Shown here piece after piece: positions 34,668-49,500 of a DNA stretch of 64,000 bases (the first letter of the stretch is position 1; each line of letters starts with the position of its first letter). The stretch covers positions 3,249,478-3,313,477 of the forward strand of contig MU008158.1 of assembly GCA_010909165.1 (NCBI GenBank). The letters run 5' to 3'. The translations under genes and the position numbers were made by a program. Origin of the DNA: Anthoceros angustus (lineage: Eukaryota > Plantae > Anthocerotophyta). The notes beneath the pieces were generated by a model. It searched no databases and was not told the origin of the DNA. It saw only the letters and a program-made list of their open reading frames with translations.

Positions 34668-34945
34668 GAAGAAGAAGAATTTTATTTAAGTCCACTAAGG
34701 ACGGATTTCCGTCATGGGACTTGGTACTTAACAACTTGTACCATGGTTGCCTAAGCTACTTGCACCAAGGGCATCCATTCCCTTTAGGCACCCTATCTAA
34801 GTACCGATCCATGGTTGCCTAAGCTACTTGCACCAAGGGCATCCATTCCCTTTAGGCACCCTATCTAAGTACCCATCCAAGCTCAGGATGCTTAATCACG
34901 GCGTTCTTATAAATGTGTGTCCATTTGGCCTAGGCCGTTTGGCCA
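34668..34945 (-). repeat. Dispersed repeat copy 2 with internal ~69-bp tandem duplication
   Basis: Same sequence as 33893-34100; catggttgcctaagctacttgcaccaagggcatccattccctttaggcaccctatctaagtacc is present twice (34742, 34810). Confidence 0.65.
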
Positions 34946-35250
34946 TGGGTGTAGGTCTACAGAAGCAACTAGAGACACACCTTGGCGTTTTTGGGTAACA
35001 GTGGGTAAGAAGGGGTCTGGTGAAGTAGGACTGCACACTGCACGTAATCTGAGGATCTGAAGGGTGCCCCCACTTTGTGCGTAATGTGAGCCAATGGGAG
35101 TGCACGGAGGCGAGATCCGGGTGCAGCGGGCAGCGTTATCGGCATCTGACGGCTCAGGCTCCACGGTGTGGGACGCTGTGATGAGAGTGTCAGGGAGACC
35201 TGCTGCCTTGCTCGCCCGCGTCTCGTCTCGTCAGGCGCTGTTCGGCTGAG

Positions 35251-36965
<1,715 letters not shown>

Positions 36966-37584
36966 ATCCGTCCCCCCTCCCACTGTCCCTCTCAGTTCAC
37001 AGCCGGCCAGGGCAAGGCAAAGCAGCCTCTCAGCTTCCTCTACCTCTACTACTAGCCATCCAGTTTTGTGTCAGCGAGTAGAGGCTGATGTGTTTGCCCT
37101 TTTCCTGAGTCACCTGATGATAACCATACTAGGTAGTATACATCCCACCAGGCAATAGTGTAGATCTAAATGCTCTGTGAGACCATCGTCGGTGTGAATC
37201 AGGAAGGGAGAGGGCACCACCTACATGTATTTGCAGCCTCTCACAATTTCACTAATACAAAAGCCTACATACCTGATCGCGATTCCTCTTTCCTTTTGAA
37301 CCTCTCCTGTTATCCAACCTTGTGCACGTCGACTGTTCCAAGTCCACTTGTCCATCCCTAGTGCAGCGCCAGATACGGGTTTCGCCCGCATGGCCGAAAG
37401 GTGTGCGCCGCTCTGCACGCTGGAAGTTGGGAGTTCCGCCAGCGGCGGAACTCTGGTTGGTCTCAGTTCTCCCGTGGCCTTGGCGTGGGCGTTTCCAGAT
37501 GTGCGGCTGGGCGAATCGAGGAGCTTTCAGCTTCCTTCCAGCCGAAGCAATAGCAGTGGCAGCAGCAGCAACAGCAGCAGCAAG

Positions 37585-40500
37585 ATGGGAATCCGGGACT
37601 CCGTCCGAGAGCGAGTTGACAAGCTTGCATCCTCTCTGCTCAGCGGCTGGGTTGCGGGCAATGTGGAGACTGCGTGCGATTTGAATCTGAGGGGGGCGGG
37701 CCTGGAGCTCCAGCATCTGGTGTTCGACGTTGGGAAAATCAATTCTGCTGCCATGGGAACCAGTACCCTGCTTCTGCTGAACGCCACAGTGGACAGCTTG
37801 CAGCTGCAATTCAGTCCTTGGCACGCGCCTGTTGCGACTCTGGTGGTGCGGGGCTTGCATCTCGTGCTGCGGCCCAGGTAATAGGGATATGTACCGTCAT
37901 TTTGACATGCGCAGCTTGGGAAGGAAGAAGGTTGTAGAGTGATTGTGTGTTCGGAAATGTAGACCGGCGGACGATGCGTGGTGGCAAGCAAGACCTCGCT
38001 TGTCAGAGCAGCAGGAACGTGATGCAGCCTTGGCTGCACTTGACCCTCAGGTCAGCAAAATTTCAGTGGCAGTGTTGTTTGCGTGTACACTGGAGACTAT
38101 GTTTCTAAAACTTTTGGTTATCGACCTGAGCTGGCAGGGGGCTGGCGCACACGCTGCAGCTCAAAAGCTTGCTGTGCCCGACCACGCCACCACATTTCTT
38201 TCCTCGTTCCTGGCAAGTTTTGCTCTCTCTTCCCTCAGAATTGAGTTCCAACACTGTTCCCTTGACTTGGTCACTCATCCTCGCGATGGATTCCTTCATT
38301 GTGGCTCCATCTCACTGCAAAGCCTGGTGCTGGAAGAGGGCTTTACTAACAGGGTGGGAGGAGCAGGGGGTCTAATTGGAGCAGCTGCCGCAGCGCTGTT
38401 TGGCTTGTGGAGTGATTCCAGAAAGAAATGTTGCAAAGTTAAAGGGCTGGGCCTTCGTGTCAGGAACGTGAAGTCAGAGAATGCTCACCCTCCAGCGGGT
38501 GGCAGCTCTGTACTGGCTCACAACTCTGATCAAGATGCACCATCAGACGCAGGGGCAATGCACCAGGATAGTGATGCACTAAGTGGTGATAGCCCTTGTA
38601 TGCTGCAGTTTCAACTCATTTTGATCATCCTGGAGTTTGATAGGGTGCAGCTGAAATGTGTGGAGTTTGATGCTCCCTCTGCTTCCCTGGGTATGGATAC
38701 CAGAGATCTAGTGGCAGTGACGGCCCTTGTTTCACAACTGCAGGGCCCTGATGAAAGTGAGTCGTCTGGGTTAGGCTCTTCACACATCAAGCAGGTTGCA
38801 ATTCCGCTGCAGTCAAGGACTTCTTCAGAGCTGTGGCGACTTGGGTTTGAACGGGCCTTGGCAAAGTCATCCAGAAGAAGGCAGCTTGCGCAAACAATAG
38901 TAGGTGGTATGCGCAGGCGTCGATATTCTTCCCTGTACAGGACATGGCTCATGGAGATCGGGTGGGGCCAGAGAAAGGGCATATCTAACACTACAACTAT
39001 GAAAGCAAGAAGCAAGCAGGAGGTGCAAAACCTCAATAAGTTGCAAAGCCAACTTGAAGAGATGGAAAGAGACCTCCCAATCGAAGCTGTTGCTTTGGCA
39101 AGACGAGCAGCCCGATGTAGTGCAGCTGCAGCTCAACTGGACAGGGAAATCCATGCTGCAGAGAAGGAATTAGGAGATGCAAGGGGAGCTGTCTGGTCAG
39201 TTGTTAGGGAGGGCGTTTCTTATGTCAAGCAGGCGGTGATTCATTTCATTCATGTTGTTCTAGCAGCTGTGCTTCATGTTAAGCTGCCCCCATTTGTCTG
39301 GCAGAGGCTGCAAGGCATGCTAGAACGAGTATGTGTCCCATCTAGAGCCAGTGATATCAGTGAGCAGGGTGTAAGCCCATCCTCATCTTTAGAGGTGGAA
39401 AACCCTCTGGAGAGCACCTCTCCTATGCATAGTCAACTTGCTGATGAGGATGCGCAAGGGGTTTTTGTGAGGAGTTGGCAGGTTGCTTACAAAGCACACA
39501 TTGGAAGCAGCTGTTTTACGCTTGCATCTGCTGCAAGTGACAGATTGTTTGAGGCAGGGGGCCTCCTCAACGAGTCTGGAGACAAAATAATGCCCACAGA
39601 AACGATGATGCCTGCAGTTAGGGTTGTATTCCAGCAATTTTCCTTTGCCTATGGTTCTGATTTGCATGCGAAGGGGGCAAGCATTGCTTGTGGTAGTTTG
39701 CAAGGTGAGATTCTGTCTGTTATACCAGGGCAAGTACCTGACGTGCATTACCAGGATTGGCAAGCTCTGGAGGGCCATGAAGACATTGCATACGGTGGGA
39801 AACACTCGGCCAAAATAGCTGACAGTATCACCATTCTATCTTCAACTCAAGCTGAGAGTACCCAACGTGAATTTGAGGGAGATAGTCGATTCAATGAAAT
39901 GCTTCTCGGGTCCATGCGAAGCAAGCATAAGTTGTGGGTGGATCATGAGGTGGCAATGTGGATCAGTAGGGATTGGAGTAGTCTAAATATAGAGCAAGCT
40001 CGATCGTCTGGCTGTGAACAAGTAATGACCAGCAAGTCCTCTTTTCCTGATGTACAGAGACCGTTTCTCATTGCAGAGTTTGAGACTTGTCAACCGGGAA
40101 AATGTCCTGGAGAGACACCCAACGGTGTGATCTGCTGTATGGTGGATATGGGTAGGCTAGAATGCTCTCTAAAATCTTCTTATTTCACCCGGCTGAACCC
40201 TCTAGTGGTTCAGTTTGCCCAGGCTGTTAGTCTGTCAAGGTCTGATTGTGTCAGTGAAGCAGGAGAAGTACAGGACCAAGCAAGGGACTCTACTGTCACT
40301 CTGACATTCCATGAAGCGTGGGATCACTACAGCGCCATGTGTCTGAGCATATCTAGATATTATTCATTGAATTACGTCCCTGCAACCAACTTTTTGTGCT
40401 CCATGGTAATTCAATGTCCACAACTTAAGTTGTCAGCCTCAGCTTTTGATGTGAATAGCGATTTCTCTTCTGAAGGTGATTATGGGAATGTTAGTATGTC

Positions 40501-43500
40501 TGGCAGTAGGAGGGAGGTGTCTCTGGTGCTGGATCTAGGACACCTGGATGTTCTTACTACTCCAGCCCATATGACAGAAGACTTGCAAGAGATGCAACAG
40601 CTGCAAGGACCGGGGAGCTCAGGTAGCCCTTTGGCTCAGGCTGTGAGGAATAAGGAGTGGCTTACAGTGCCTCCTGTACCATCTCTGGCACATGAAACAG
40701 TGGAGGCATCTCCTGAGAAGGAAACGATGGGGAACAATGTGTTGGTGCGAATCCGGCATATTCTGCTAATGATTGACACTGAAGAGCCAGGTCAAGCTGG
40801 ATTCCCTGTTCTTGGTCCAGTTTCGTTAGTGCTCACCTCATCTTTATGCAGGTAGCTGTCACCTGCATTAATCCTGCAAGGCTGTTTGTTATGATAAGCC
40901 TCATTTGTTTAAGAAGTAAGGCGCCCGTTGCTCTTGTGTGCAGGAACGAACTCAGTTCACTTTTTAGCAAAACAACGGTTGCTTCTGCTGGCTTTTGCGG
41001 GGAGGTCTCAGAACTTACTGTCCATGCATATGTTTCCGAAATGCTAGCCATCTCGCAGGTAAGTGGTGGTGTCCCAAAGTTTTCATTCTACACAACAAAA
41101 ACTGCATTGGTGGTACCGTTTGTCAACTTTCAGCTGTGATGCCAGCAGCCTTCATTCTTTCTGCAGGTACTTACTTCGTTTCGCGAGGCGCTCAGGCCAT
41201 TTTCAAGGGCTGAACGTGCAGGGGATTCTGCTGAAGTCTTACCTGCGGAACTAGCATCTTTTCTGGAAGAGCTTGAAGGGCCGGACATCACCCAGTCACA
41301 AGAGGGGAGGAAATCAAGGCAAAATGCACAGTTGATGCAGGGCCCAGCTATACCAGAGGCATCAGCATTTGCGCTCTCCCTTGACTTGCACCTGTCAACT
41401 GTTCAAATTCTCTCAGGTGTGGAACGATGGGCGGCAAACCAGAACCAAAGTAAAAAGAAGAAGGATCGCCGTAGATCAGGAGGAGGGGATCAGAATGCAG
41501 AGGAGTTGGAGGGTGTATTAAGTGCATGGCTTCGTGCAGCAGAGATAGCTAGGATAGGAAACCTTGGTCACGTTTGTTTGCAGAATCTACAAACCTCTCT
41601 TCTCTTGGGAGATGGTTGCCAAGCATCTGTCCGTGCTAGTTGGGATCTTTTGCAATTCGTTACCATTGATCTGACGGAAGCCAAAGAGGAGCCCCATGCG
41701 CAAACAGAGCACAGAGTTTTTCATCCTGTTGTAGCAAGGCTTCAATCGGAGCTGGGGACCTCTGGTCTTGTGGTTGGTGACTTGGAGCTTGGTAGTTGTG
41801 ATTTATCTTTCACTGGTCCAGCCGCCCAAAGAGTCGATTCCATGAGTGGGGCTGGTGAGACAGTCACCGTTGATGGACTGTCTCCCCCACCTGATGATAA
41901 CAGTGACATTGTCATACATTTTGAGATTGGACGAACTTGTCTTACGAATGGATCTTCAAGGCCAATGACTGATAAAGCGGGTCAAGCAGCATCAGGACCG
42001 GATATTTTGTCTGTTCATGCAGTCCTGAGAAAGGATTTGAGAAGCATCGACACTGAGATAAAGGCAAGGAAGCTTACTCTGCTGCTTGAGATTCTCACAT
42101 TGAGGAACTTATAATGCTCTCATTTCTTTTCAATGCGGCTTGTCACCTGCTATCTGATAGGACACAACAATTTGTGCTGAACAGGGTGGCCTGATCCTTC
42201 TGGATACAGCAACACTAGTCTCTTTACTGGATTATACAACTAGTTACTGGGAGCTTATGAAGCAGACTTTAATGCAGCCCCTCCCCTCCAATGAAACTCC
42301 ATATATAAATGCAAGCGCAAATATACTCAGGAAGCATGAGCGGACAGCTGCAAGGACTCTAAGGTCAGCTTCTCTGTCATCAATGCGCTCACAGAAGTGG
42401 TCAGAACCAAGACCAAGACGTGTGTCTTCAGCTCCACCTATGTCCCACATACCAGTTGGGACTGAGAGTACGTGGAAGTGGGAAGGAATGGTCTGTTGCA
42501 ACATTGAGGAATTTTCTTTCATCCTTGCAAGAAGCGATACTACAGGTTGGCTTTTTGGACCACCTCTTGACACCTGAACTTGTCATGAGACTACCTCCTA
42601 CTAGATCACTCTAACATGCATGTTTTCTGTATGGCCAGGGTCTTTTGAAGGTTTGCTGTTCGAGCTGGATATGAGATCAAATGTCCAATCTAGTCTGCAG
42701 ATGAAGAACATTGTTGCTGATCTCAATCGGTTGATGATATGTGGCCTGCAAGCTTCACGGGCAGGATATTTGAATGGCGATAGCAAGATTGCCCGGACAC
42801 CGCAATTTGAATCTGGGCACAAAAGTTTGGAGTCCAGTCAAAGTTTTGGGTCCAGCTACAGTTTTGGGTCAATGAGCACTGGTGAGAGCTCATCTGGCGA
42901 CTTCCAAGTTGCAGCTTTACACTCTGACCAGAACAATCCAGCTCAAAGTACGGTAGAAGGAGCTGTCCCAGCTGCCAGCACCATTCTGGAACAGCTCAAA
43001 GTATCTTGTGTGCTTCAGAGTACCATTGTTGATGATGTCATGGAAGAAGAGAAATGGGGCTCTGCTTGGACAGGCACAACCTCCATTAGTGGCTTCGATA
43101 TAGCCATTACCACATCAGAAATTCAGGTGAGCTCTGTTTGATCTTATGAGAAATGTCATCTCACAAGCATGTGGATCATGTGCTGTGCAGTTCATTTACA
43201 GTCTTATGATGTTTAAGATGTTGTATCTGAACCTCAGCTATTGCGGTCGCTTCTGTCTCCCTCCTCCAACTTTCAAAGTGCTTCAAAGGAGTATGAGGCT
43301 GACTTGTCATTGGCCGCCCTGGTGGAGAGATCTGAGTCTACACTGAACCAGCATGACGTACCAGACGGTGAGAAAATGCTACCTGTTATTTTGGAAACTG
43401 AATCTGGCAACCACTGAACCACGGTCTTGTTCTCTGTTCCATTTTCCATGGATGTTAACTGATGGTTGCTGGCTGGGCGGTCTCCTCTCTCAGGAGCCAT

Positions 43501-46500
43501 AGTAGTAATCAAAGATGACGAGGAACATCTGTATCTCGCTGTGGAGGAAATTCCTACAAAAGAGGGGAACTACCATCTTATCTCAGTTATGCATTACTCC
43601 TTGGCTGGAGATAAAGCGCTATTCAAGGTGAGTACAGGACTGCAACTTATTCGGCTCTGAAAGGCTAGACATATTCTGTCACAAACGTGAACAGGATGAA
43701 TGGTGATGATTGTGGATTGCCTTTAGGCACGTAGCCTTTGGATCAGCCTGTCACGTTGAATTTGAAAGCTTTCTGGTATTACATTTCTCAAATCTTGTTT
43801 TTAACTTCTGATTGTCAGGTTAATTATCAAAACACGACCAAAGGACAGGATTGGTTCACCCTGTCCTCTCTGCATGCAAGATCGCCAGACGGTGAGCCTT
43901 TCAGGGTACACTGTCGTTCTGATTCCGGGTTGGCTGAAATCTCATCAACACATGAAGGCTCCTGGGAGCTTTGGCAGTTCGTTCCACACAAAAGTGGAAA
44001 AAATGAAGAAAGTGATACTTTTGATCGCTATAATTACATCACTAGGGATGTGGTGCACCTTGTGAATCAGAAAAGTAAAAGTGGGCTGGCCATAGTGGAT
44101 GGCATGCCAATGATTGTTACTAAGCCTGGGAATCCCTTCAAGATAAAGATAATTTCTCTTCTGAACGAGACTGGTCATGCAGAAACTAGCTCTGACAGGG
44201 ACATAGGAGTGTTACAGGAGAAAAGGCGAGAAGAGGCAGCCACTGGTGTTGTTGCTATTCCACAAGTCACTCTAGAATTTGAAAATATCAATATCACATT
44301 ACTGCATGAAGCAGGTGGTGGGATGCATCTTCTGCCTTTGGTCCGTGTGCGGTTGGAAAACATTCATGCACTAGCACAGGTGGGATCAAAGAAGACCAGA
44401 TTCATTAGCTGGTGCAACTTTCTTTTTGATTACTTCGAAGCCCAGAGCAGCCAGTGGTAAATTAAACCTTGTACTTACTATCTTTTGCTAGATTTTGATT
44501 TTGAGTGTGTCAGGCCTGTAGCTTGTTACTTGTTTCTTGTTCTTAGCCCTTTGTTTCACATGATTATGACATCATCAACCAAGATATCTTTTCCTGTATA
44601 ATGTTTTCTCTGCATGCATTGGCAGGGTCAGCATAACAAACCCAGTGGTTATTAGCTTCTTTTATCGGAAACGGGTAGGTCGAGATGGCTTGGCCGTGAC
44701 GGGATTCCAGAAGATACCAGTGTCTGTCTTCTGCTGTTTGAAAAAGGCACTTCCACTCTCCTCAGAATTCTGTAGTTCTGGAACCTTTTTCCAAAAATTG
44801 TGTTTTAAATGGACATCTTTGGCTGTGACTGCAGGTGGATATCACTGTCAGTGAGCAGGCACTGGATGCTTGCTTGTTTTTGATAGGAGTCCTTGACCTC
44901 GCTGGACCTTTTACAATACACCATTCGCCACTGTCTGCAAACCAGTGCAAGGTGCCTGTTGAAGATCGGCTGCTTAAAAACTCTTTTAACAGCAACTCTT
45001 GCTTGAATGGCTGAGTGCCCAACTAACAGAATGTTATTTTCAGGTTGCCAACCAACTAGGTGTAGACGTGCTCTGTAGGTTTGAGCAGTCAAAGGCAAGA
45101 ATCAGAGCTTGGGACAGTGGCAACTTCTTTATAAGGTCAGAAATCCTTTATCAATACAGCTGCTGAAGAAGTAGGCATTGAACTATAAAGTGCTTTTGGA
45201 CTCCTGAACAGGCACACATTGTCCCGGCGGGACCTAAGCTCAGCTACAACCACCTCTATGATTGACTTGTACCTTGAAAAATTAGGCGCAGCGGTATCTA
45301 CTCCTATACGGGTACCTCTAGAAAGGCCTGGAGTCATGGCACTGAGGACCCGTCTAAAAGTAGGAGACGGTAATGTCTTACGTATTTTTCCACTGTGTTG
45401 CTACTAAGGCTTTCAAGGTTGTTCTCATCAGAAGTTTGCTTGTTTACCAGAACAGATGTCGAGGCCCTCTTTGCTGATCATCTGTCTCTGTGGTTATTGG
45501 CATTTTTGTTGAGAACTCATACCCAACTCTGGCTCTCTCAGTAGTGAGTGTCCCTCATTTCATTTCCTGTTGGCAGGTAGAAAAGCACCAGGGCCAATCA
45601 TCGTGGTGGATGTAACTAGACAGAGCGAGGTGAGTCAATACTGAGTTTGAGGGGCACATGATACTCCAATTTTGAACAGATCCCTCAACTGTTATGTCTG
45701 GTTTCGTTTTGCAGGAAGGTGTTGTTTTGACCATATCATCCATGATCCGGATACGAAATGCAAGTGGTTGTTCATTGGAACTGCGATGTAGAAGACCAAA
45801 TCAAGGGGAGGGAGGTGCAGTGGTCACACTCGAAGACGGTGATGTTATAGATGACGCCACAGGGTCTTTTGATGCTCTAACAATGCAAGGAGAATATCGG
45901 AAAGCGTTGTCTTCATTTACTGTGGGTAAGTCTTTGCACCATCTTTCAACTCGAGTGTAAGTTGCCATCTTTGAGGGAAACTTTTACATATATTTTCCTT
46001 GAATACACAGGAAACTTTGTACTTTCTATTCGACCAGCATCTGTCCATTTTGCCCCGTCCGAGGACACCAGTTCCACAGGACACAGGTCTTCGTATGATT
46101 GGTCAGATGATGTAAAGGGTGCCAAGGCTGAACGGGTGTCAGGGTTGTTTGAAAAGCTGCATTACAACTTGAAGAAGTCGATGAAGGGGCTGAACTTTGA
46201 ATCCTCTTTTCAGTCCTCTTTTGCTACAGTAATCTGTCCAAGTACGGCGAGTGCAGCAGGATCTGACCACTTGAACAGGGATCTAGATTTACATTTCCTG
46301 GTTCGCAGGACTCTGAGGCAAATACCACTCGCTCTGTCAGACGTGGCCAAAACACAGCAGCAAAAGAAAGCTGTTTGGCATGAACAGCAGGAGCTGGTTC
46401 TGCTGCCAACAATTAGGCTACATAATTATCTTACAAATGATATAAGGGTTACATTGTTTGCGTCCCCAGCAGGTACCATGAAACACTTTATTTGTGTGTG

Positions 46501-49500
46501 TTTCTGTCTGTTCACTGCTCTTCTTTTTGTTCAAAATAGTTCTGATAGTAAGAGGCAGCAGGAAAGGGGAAAACAGACAGCAGTGGCTCAGCAATGGAGC
46601 GGTCTGTTGTGAGCGGAGAATCAGTATGTATGTATGCAGCTCTCAAAAACCTTGTCCTCATTGTCCAACAAATTGATCTGGGGATATCAAGCAAGCCAGT
46701 GTCTGTGAATCTGGAAAGCAGTGGTTCTAAGGAACTATTTAGAAACAGCAGTGCAGGTGACATAAGGGAATTAGAGATGGAGGTAGATTTTGCAGATGGC
46801 TTGCATGTTGCAAACCTGAAGATTCTTCGAGGAAGTGATGGTGTAATAGAGGTATGGTTCTTTTAAGAACTCGTTTATAGCAAGTGCGCCACTGTGTACA
46901 ATCACTTACTTCTCAGAGTCTTTCATATGTTTCTCTCTGCCACATGTTAGGTTTTTGTCCTTACAAGATATGCTCTTCAAAATCAAAGTGAAGTGTCGCT
47001 TTGCTATAGTGCTCCCACGAAGAAGTCATCACAGTGGTATGTCAGTTGAAATTACCTTGGTTTTTTTTGCAGCATTTTATCGTGGATGAGATTGATTGTG
47101 TTATGCACCGTGTTGAATTTTGATTGAAGGGGATTGCGCAAGTTGAAGGACCAGAGCATGGAGTGGCCTTCAGACAGTGAGATCTTACATTTGGCGCCTC
47201 GAACCCGAGTATCTTGGCTCAACAGGTATGAATACACTGTTTTTGCAAGAATCTGAAGAGTGGCGCTCTGACATGGTGGAGGAGGTTGAAGAACTTGATC
47301 AATAATGTGATATCAGGTTCATAACCTTGGTACTGCTACTAAACTGAAGCCTGTTTGGATGTTCATCTGGGATCCAGATCAAACAGAGTGCTCATCAGGA
47401 GGCAAGAACCAAATGCCGACACAGCAGTCCTTGATTTGGAATCTCTATCTGGTGCAATGGAAATTAGCCTGGGTGTTCAGAAGTCCGACACCTCTGAAGA
47501 GCTTGTCCAGCTCGGTGTCAAGCTGCAGTTGCCATCAGCAGCTGCTGTCGATCCTACTAACGTAATACAGTTTGTGCCAAGATATGTGATTGTTAATGAG
47601 TCTGCGAAGGAAATATGTGTTTGCCAAGATGGCTTTCAGGTGAGAAAACTTGAACTTATGAGCATTTTGATGGCCTGTTTGAAGTCCAAATGATCAGAGC
47701 TCTGATTCAGGGATGTCAATTGATTGTTCAAGTGTGATATCCATGAGTAATGGTGTGCAGGATGAAAGTTCTGCCATCCTGGTCCTGGATCCGGGAGAAC
47801 GGACAGCTTTGCATGCACAAGTTTTACCAAATGACAGAGGAAGGTCCCATACAAAGGAAGGGAAAGACTGTGGAAATGACTTGCTTTTGTCTGTACGATT
47901 CCGGCCAAGGGAAAGTTGTTGGGATTGGTCTGGGCCCGTTTGCTCTGCATCACTGGGAACTTTCTGGCTGAAGATCAGAAGTCGAAGTGAGGAGTTGCGT
48001 AGCACTGAAAATGGGTCGTCTGTTAGGCAAAAGAAAGAGACAGGATTCTGGTTTGCTGTAGCGGACTGTCAGGAAGAGTCAGCCTCGTTGGTGATGCGGT
48101 TCCGTGCGCAATCTGCAGCTGCTGCACCGTATCGAGTTGAGAATGCACTGCACTCAGATTCCATTTCGTACCAGCAAAAGGTTTGTGAAAGGAATCGCAA
48201 GCCTTTTCGAGTTTCCCGTGAGAACTGTAGGACAGGGCCATGTATTTTGCGCAGTAGTGTTAAGACTCTTCAGTTTTCCCTCTCAAATAGTCACGCTTAT
48301 TTCAGGATTGGGTGGCAATGCAGGGCCTGAATGCCTCAGACACACTCAGACCAGGGGCATCAGCCCCATATGCGTGGGATGATCTAAGCCTACCACGGAA
48401 ACTCGTGGTTACTGTTACAGGTGAACTTGAGTACTGTTTCAAGTCACGAACTGATGGGTTGGGTAGAGCTTCGAGCATTGATAAGTCTCAACTTTCACAC
48501 GGGGCGGCTGACTTTTGTCTGTTGGGGTTCCTTCAGGTACACAACTTTCCCACGAAATCAACCTGGACAAAGTGAGACCTTGGAAGCTCTTCCGGGCTTC
48601 AAGGCAAAAGAGGCAGTTCACCCTGCAGCTTCCATTTCAACAACAACTACAAAGTATCCTGGATGATGATGATGATGATGATTATGATAACTCCAGCGTA
48701 TCGGGGGCATTTGATGTGGGCTATGAAGTCTATGCAGAGGGCACTACTCGTGTTCTTCGGATCAGCGAGCAAGTTGATACGTCTGAGTCTCAATGGGATT
48801 TGAAAAAGTCCATTCCTCAGACAGAATTGCAGCTCAAAGTACCCTTACTTGCATTGATTTTGGTCGAGCCTGAAAAACAGGTCCGGATTGTATTTGAAGC
48901 TGAGAACGTTTGGGGAATTTCTGGAGGTTCTTTATGTCCTACTTCAGTGGATTGGTTTGCTTTCGTATACTGTACTTTCTTCTGCATCAGTGCTTAATGT
49001 TTTCTTCTATCACTTGTTGTATCCAGCTGCCAAATGAGGTTGAGAAAGGTGTCATGCAGTCACCCATAATATCCCCCCGGATGACTGGTGTAGTTCTCCA
49101 AGTGGGTGTCACTTCTCACAGCACAGTCTGCCAGCTTAAGGCTCAGGTGAGCTGTTATGTTTGCTTAAAATGTGATCCGTAACAGTGCAGGCTTTGCCTC
49201 CACATTCACGTATGTTGATCCAGAATTAGCTCACTAGGTTTTAACGTCAGGAGATGGCTGATTTGAGATTTGAACTTGCTGCAGCGATTAGATGTGGACG
49301 TGAAATGGCAAGGAGCCCCTTTTGCGGCAATGTTACGGGTCCATGGTCAAGACCGCTTCACCAAGGACTGTGTGTTTCATTTTGCAGCAGTTGTGTCCAA
49401 CAAAGTATACCGTCCAATGCATGTCAGATACGCATCTCTTCTGCTCCAGGTGCGTTTGTGGGATTACTCATCGTTTTGCAAAAGCAATGTTTTAGTTTGC

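Noticed and set aside
33893-34945. Direct repeats as the LTR pair of a TRIM
   Set aside because: No TG...CA ends, PBS, PPT or 5-bp TSD recognised.
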